Shown here one piece after another: positions 43,608 through 46,454 of a stretch of DNA of 46,454 nucleotides. Both the position numbers and the translations under genes were made by a program. Below the pieces are notes generated by a model. That model did not search any database and was not told the DNA's origin. It worked only from the letters and a program-made list of their open reading frames with translations. The DNA lies in NCBI GenBank assembly GCA_023246055.1, contig JAHFJD010000002.1:1-46454 (forward strand). Reading direction: 5' to 3'. The DNA is from Candidatus Doudnabacteria bacterium (GTDB taxonomy: Bacteria; Patescibacteriota; Doudnabacteria; UBA920; 2-01-FULL-46-14). Within the stretch, counting starts at the first letter, position 1; the number at the start of each line of letters is the position of its first letter.

Positions 43608-43706
43608 TAGAGATAAGAATCTTAATTCGTTCCCGGCCCGGGAGAGGAGCGAATCGCGATATTTCGTGCGATTCGCTCGGGACTGTATTGAAATGACTGC
43701 CTGCCT

Positions 43707-43811
43707 TCCCGAAGCCAAGCTGTTGAATTTGTCTCGGCTCGGGCGCCGAGTTCCAGAAACGAGTTTGGGTGCTAGATTAACATCCAAAATTGTGTCCAAA
43801 ATTTGACATTC
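43707..43811 (+). repeat. R105 block, copy 1 (identical to 44760-44864)
   Basis: Base-by-base comparison gives 105/105 identity. It contains the hairpin ctcggc-tcgggc-gccgag, the block ttccagaaacgagtttggg, and the -35 TTGACA. Confidence 0.9.
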
Positions 43812-43830
43812 GATTAAAAAAGAATAAACT
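43803..43830 (+). promoter_or_regulatory. Candidate promoter of paralog 1, predicting a leaderless or near-leaderless mRNA
   Basis: TTGACA, a 16-nt spacer, then TAAACT. The ATG lies 6 nt after the -10. Confidence 0.5.
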
Positions 43831-43836
43831 GGAAAT

Positions 43837-44151
43837 ATGAGTGAACTCACCAAAGAACATTTTGACAAAGGGTTGGAAAAACCTATTACCAATAAATATC
43901 TACTTGATTTTACAAGGGAGATTATTTTTCCGGGTGTTCGGGAAATTGTTCGAGAAGAGAATATAAAATTCAGAGACGATATCCTCACCAGCAATTACAA
44001 ACTGGCAAAAAAACTTGATCAGATTCTCAAAGAACAACAAGCGATCACCGCCGGCTTCAAACGGCTACAAGATCGAATTAACTACCTCGAAGCTGTAGTC
44101 AAAGTCTTGGCTGAAAAAGAAGGTCTGCAATTTTCTCCCCCAGAATCCTAA
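43837..44151 (+). CDS. Small coiled-coil protein, paralog 1 (104 aa)
   Basis: ITNKYLLDFTREIIFPGV aligns with VTKRYLGEFTETVLLPAM of paralog 2. A terminator follows. Confidence 0.65.
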   Translation: MSELTKEHFDKGLEKPITNKYLLDFTREIIFPGVREIVREENIKFRDDILTSNYKLAKKLDQILKEQQAITAGFKRLQDRINYLEAVVKVLAEKEGLQFSPPES

Positions 44152-44154
44152 ACT

Positions 44155-44173
44155 GCCGCATAGGCGGTTTTTT
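44155..44173 (+). terminator. Short rho-independent terminator
   Basis: ccgc-atag-gcgg followed by a T6 run. Confidence 0.5.
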
Positions 44174-44249
44174 GTTATTCACTTTTCAAAGTACTTTCTT
44201 TCCGCGCGAATCCCATCCTTTGACCAATCTTGAATCCATTTCTCTTTGC

Positions 44250-44276
44250 GTCATTCCCGCGGAGGCGGGAATCCAG
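44250..44276. repeat. PE-2 element (half copy) inserted between degenerate and intact module blocks
   Basis: gtcattcccgcggaggcgggaatccag. Confidence 0.75.
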
Positions 44277-44279
44277 CCC

Positions 44280-44367
44280 TCAAAGAACTATCCGCAACTC
44301 CTAAATCCACAATTGATAATTCTGAACTTGGGAGTGAGAAAGTCGAAGCTCTGCTTGCGACTTTCTC
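44280..44367 (+). ncRNA. Module A1: conserved block, short hairpin, GAACTTGGGAGT, hairpin 2 (candidate structured RNA or recombination module)
   Basis: tcaaagaactatccgcaactcctaaatccac; aatt-gat-aatt; gaacttgggagt; gagaaagtcg-(12 nt)-cgactttctc. A degenerate extra copy of block 1 lies at 44184-44240. Confidence 0.4.
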
Positions 44368-44518
44368 GTGGCTGTCTAAAAGAACCGGTTTCTGTTTCGC
44401 TCGCGTCTCCGCCTGGCCGAACTGTTTACAACCCACAGTGCGATCAGATTGAGCGCTATCAAAATCATGAACATCATTATCCCAACAGCGTACTGATCTG
44501 CGGTAGCCTGCTGCGGAC

Positions 44519-44728
44519 TCATCGTCGCCTCCATAAAAGAGGTTCATGGCATGACGGCGCATGGTCACTGGCAATCGCCGCGAACCAGTTAATGGCTGCG
44601 GCGACGATCACTGCTGATAATACTGGTGCAACCTTGATCAGATACAACGGAGCGAAGAAAATTCCGAGACCGAACAGCACCAAGCTCAGCACCATCGCGC
44701 TAAGGTTCATCCGAAACCAAATGTACAT
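44519..44728 (-). CDS. Small two-TM hypothetical membrane protein (69 aa)
   Basis: Hydrophobic ORF between modules. There is no supporting motif. Confidence 0.3.
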   Translation of the reverse strand: MYIWFRMNLSAMVLSLVLFGLGIFFAPLYLIKVAPVLSAVIVAAAINWFAAIASDHAPSCHEPLLWRRR

Positions 44729-44759
44729 TTAAACCCCCTTGAAACTGTTTTGCTCACCC

Positions 44760-44864
44760 TCCCGAAGCCAAGCTGTTGAATTTGTCTCGGCTCGGGCGCC
44801 GAGTTCCAGAAACGAGTTTGGGTGCTAGATTAACATCCAAAATTGTGTCCAAAATTTGACATTC
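44760..44864 (+). repeat. R105 block, copy 2 (identical to 43707-43811)
   Basis: 105/105 identity by direct comparison. Confidence 0.9.
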
Positions 44865-44883
44865 AGTTTAAAAGGGCTAAACT
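44856..44883 (+). promoter_or_regulatory. Candidate promoter of paralog 2, predicting a near-leaderless mRNA
   Basis: TTGACA, a 16-nt spacer, then TAAACT. The ATG lies 7 nt after the -10. Confidence 0.5.
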
Positions 44884-44890
44884 TGGAAAT

Positions 44891-45172
44891 ATGAGCGATA
44901 ATGAACTTGACGAGCCGGTAACCAAAAGGTACTTGGGAGAGTTTACAGAAACCGTCCTGTTGCCTGCCATGTCCTCGATGATGGATGAAAAATTGAAACC
45001 CTTGGGGGACGATGTCCAAGCATTATCTGCTAAAGTTACTACTTATCTTGAACTTTCTGACAAACGTTATTTGGAACTCAAAAACAAATACAGACTGTTG
45101 GGCAAATGGGTCAAACAAATCGCTGACAAAACCGGAGTGAATATCGACATTACAGAACTGGAAAAATTCTGA
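44891..45172 (+). CDS. Small coiled-coil protein, paralog 2 (93 aa)
   Basis: ATG at 44891 (MSDNELDEPVTKRYLGEFTETVLLPAM). Homologous to 43837-44151. A terminator follows. Confidence 0.65.
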   Translation: MSDNELDEPVTKRYLGEFTETVLLPAMSSMMDEKLKPLGDDVQALSAKVTTYLELSDKRYLELKNKYRLLGKWVKQIADKTGVNIDITELEKF

Positions 45173-45192
45173 CAAATTCTTTAACAGCTTAA

Positions 45193-45214
45193 CCGCCACA
45201 TAGGCGGTTTTTTT
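45193..45214 (+). terminator. Rho-independent terminator
   Basis: ccgcc-acata-ggcgg followed by a T7 run. Confidence 0.7.
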
Positions 45215-45216
45215 AG

Positions 45217-45351
45217 CTTTCAAAGAGCTTTCCGTAACTCCTAAATCCACTTGTATCACAGATTTCTCGATCGAGAAATCTGTGATACAACCGAACTTGG
45301 GAGTTGGAGGAAACGACGTGCATGTTGCGCGCGCTTCCTCCGAAAAAAACG
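45217..45351 (+). ncRNA. Module B: conserved block, 40-bp perfect palindrome, GAACTTGGGAGT, hairpin 2
   Basis: ctttcaaagagctttccgtaactcctaaatccac; ttgtatcacagatttctcga/tcgagaaatctgtgatacaa (45251-45290); ccgaacttgggagt; ggaggaa-(32 nt)-ttcctcc. Confidence 0.4.
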
Positions 45352-45713
45352 ATCAATCCTCCTTGATTATACTCTGACATCCGTGTCAGAGGCCTTGGAT
45401 TTTAGGCTTATATTTATGATTGCGAAGCTTTTTCACCTGAATTGATGATTCAAGTGCCACCGCACGCTTCAGATGCAATGCCGGAGTATTCACTCTCGGG
45501 CGGCCCTGCTCTTCCGGAAGAGCTGTGTCCGCTGTCCGTCCTGAAAGACTTCAGGCAATAGTCGCTGGGTATCACGCCAGTTTCCCTTTGCCAAATAGTC
45601 CACACCTTCAGGAAAGCTGCAAGACGAATCTCGCAACAGGTTCCGCGTTTGTGGACGCGGCCGAAGACAGAATCCGAAAAATTGCTTTCTCGGAGAGTCT
45701 TCTGGATGCAAAG

Positions 45714-45995
45714 TTACAGTAGTAAAGAGTCTACTACCTCCAGCCACTCAATCCCGTTATGGGTGGCCACGGAAATTGCTTCGGCAATCTCGCTAAGATT
45801 GCCGAATTTCGCCGCAACTTTTAGTTGCGACAGAAACCCTTGATGGTGGGCATGCGCCCACATTGCACTATTGGACTCTTCGGCCCAATTAGCGCAGTCC
45901 ATCGAACAGCAGGCTATGCCGTTCGGTTCAACCAACCGGGCCATGACCGGATGGTTGAAAAACTCTTTTTTGCAATAATAACACTGCATCTGCAT
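45714..45995 (-). CDS. Hypothetical Cys-rich (zinc-ribbon-like) protein (93 aa)
   Basis: CYYCKK...CCSMDC near the N-terminus. There is no family assignment. Confidence 0.4.
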   Translation of the reverse strand: MQMQCYYCKKEFFNHPVMARLVEPNGIACCSMDCANWAEESNSAMWAHAHHQGFLSQLKVAAKFGNLSEIAEAISVATHNGIEWLEVVDSLLL

Positions 45996-46004
45996 TTTTT
46001 TCTC

Positions 46005-46292
46005 CTAACCCACCTGCTTCTTGCGAAGTTCAGGTGTTATGCGGGTATGTTGCGCGGCTTTCATTGCGCCTTCCGTGACCATACAAACACGGCCTGTAGA
46101 AACTTTTAGGGTTATTCTCCCATGGGTGGCGCCCCAATCTTTCCTTGCGAAAAGCAACCTGGATACTTTCTTTCTTCTTGCTGTTTCAAATTCAGCAACC
46201 ACAATGTGTGGATCCCAGGTCCCTCCAGAGGCGGGCAGGCAAGCCGGGGATGACAAACTTTTTAACGAAAATAACCAGATAGCTTTCCGCAA
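46005..46292 (-). CDS. Hypothetical protein (up to 95 aa; the N-terminal part may be repeat-derived)
   Basis: The ORF includes a PE-5 core (46224-46244), translated as ACLPASGG. The true start is uncertain. Confidence 0.3.
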   Translation of the reverse strand: MRKAIWLFSLKSLSSPACLPASGGTWDPHIVVAEFETARRKKVSRLLFARKDWGATHGRITLKVSTGRVCMVTEGAMKAAQHTRITPELRKKQVG

Positions 46293-46306
46293 AGAATACT
46301 ATTGAT

Positions 46307-46439
46307 CTTTCAAAGAACTATCCAAAACTTCCAAATCCATTTGTTCCACAGTTTTAACGATCGTCAAATATGTGGAACTTCTGTTTTCCAGAAACGACTT
46401 TGGGCACCAGGTAGTAGAACCTTGCGGTACACTACCTGG
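46307..46439 (+). ncRNA. Module C: conserved block, hairpin 1, TTCCAGAAACGACTTTGGG, hairpin 2 (PE-4 short form); it continues beyond the window
   Basis: ctttcaaagaactatccaaaacttccaaatccat; gttccaca-(20 nt)-tgtggaac; ttccagaaacgactttgggcacc; ccaggtagt-(15 nt)-actacctgg; then cttcggctaacatgg, homologous to the R105 interior. Confidence 0.4.
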
Positions 46440-46454
46440 CTTCGGCTAACATGG

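Noticed and set aside
44172-44732. A 186-aa plus-strand ORF and a 107-aa minus-strand ORF (44251-44574) between the two paralog genes
   Set aside because: Both read straight through the PE-2 element and module A1 hairpins. They have low-complexity, repeat-derived sequence and no start signals.
43707-44864. The 105-bp repeat pair could be a DGR template/variable repeat
   Set aside because: The copies are 100% identical, with no adenine-specific differences. They lie upstream of the genes rather than at their 3' ends, and no reverse transcriptase is present.
44280-46439. The modules could be integron attC sites in a cassette array
   Set aside because: There is no intI integrase or attI site. 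The conserved blocks do not match the RYYYAAC/GTTRRRY core sites. The genes have their own promoters, unlike typical cassettes. The idea survives only as a loose analogy.
53-46454. Possible CRISPR arrays among the many short repeats
   Set aside because: The tandem repeats have 7-10-bp units with no spacers. The dispersed palindromes are not regularly spaced, and no cas genes are present.
1-46454. Alternative genetic code (UGA recoding), as seen in some CPR lineages
   Set aside because: All housekeeping genes are full-length uninterrupted ORFs under the standard code and use ordinary TAA/TAG/TGA stops.

Overview
This 46.4-kb chromosomal window looks like a small-genome, CPR/Patescibacteria-like bacterium using the standard genetic code (taxon is an inference). 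It is dominated by minus-strand housekeeping genes. These include the str operon (rpsL-rpsG-fusA), rpmB, parB, glyA, leuS, metG, glyQS, tgt, pnp and rpsO, plus several peptidases, transporters and two EEP-family enzymes. There are two good tRNAs (Pro-GGG, Leu-CAA) and two aberrant tRNA-like sequences. I found no rRNA, CRISPR array, cas gene, transposase or integrase. The unusual content is mostly repeat biology. (1) Several families of short palindromic elements sit in-frame inside essential genes, similar to Rickettsia palindromic elements. (2) The leuS ORF contains a complete RBBP9/YdeN-type serine hydrolase in-frame within its editing domain, bracketed by two different palindromic elements. 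(3) The 3' end of the window is a tandem array of modules. Each has conserved sequence blocks, hairpins that vary in sequence but keep their pairing, and a small paralogous coiled-coil gene. Two of these genes sit behind a 105-bp block that is 100% identical. (4) A surface protein is split from its VirB2/TrbC-like membrane anchor at a C CCU UUU slippery run. (5) A divergent radical-SAM pair forms a possible island. (6) Purine-biosynthesis genes appear as decayed remnants. Repeat coordinates were read by eye and may be off by a few bp. All family assignments come from motif recognition, not database searches.
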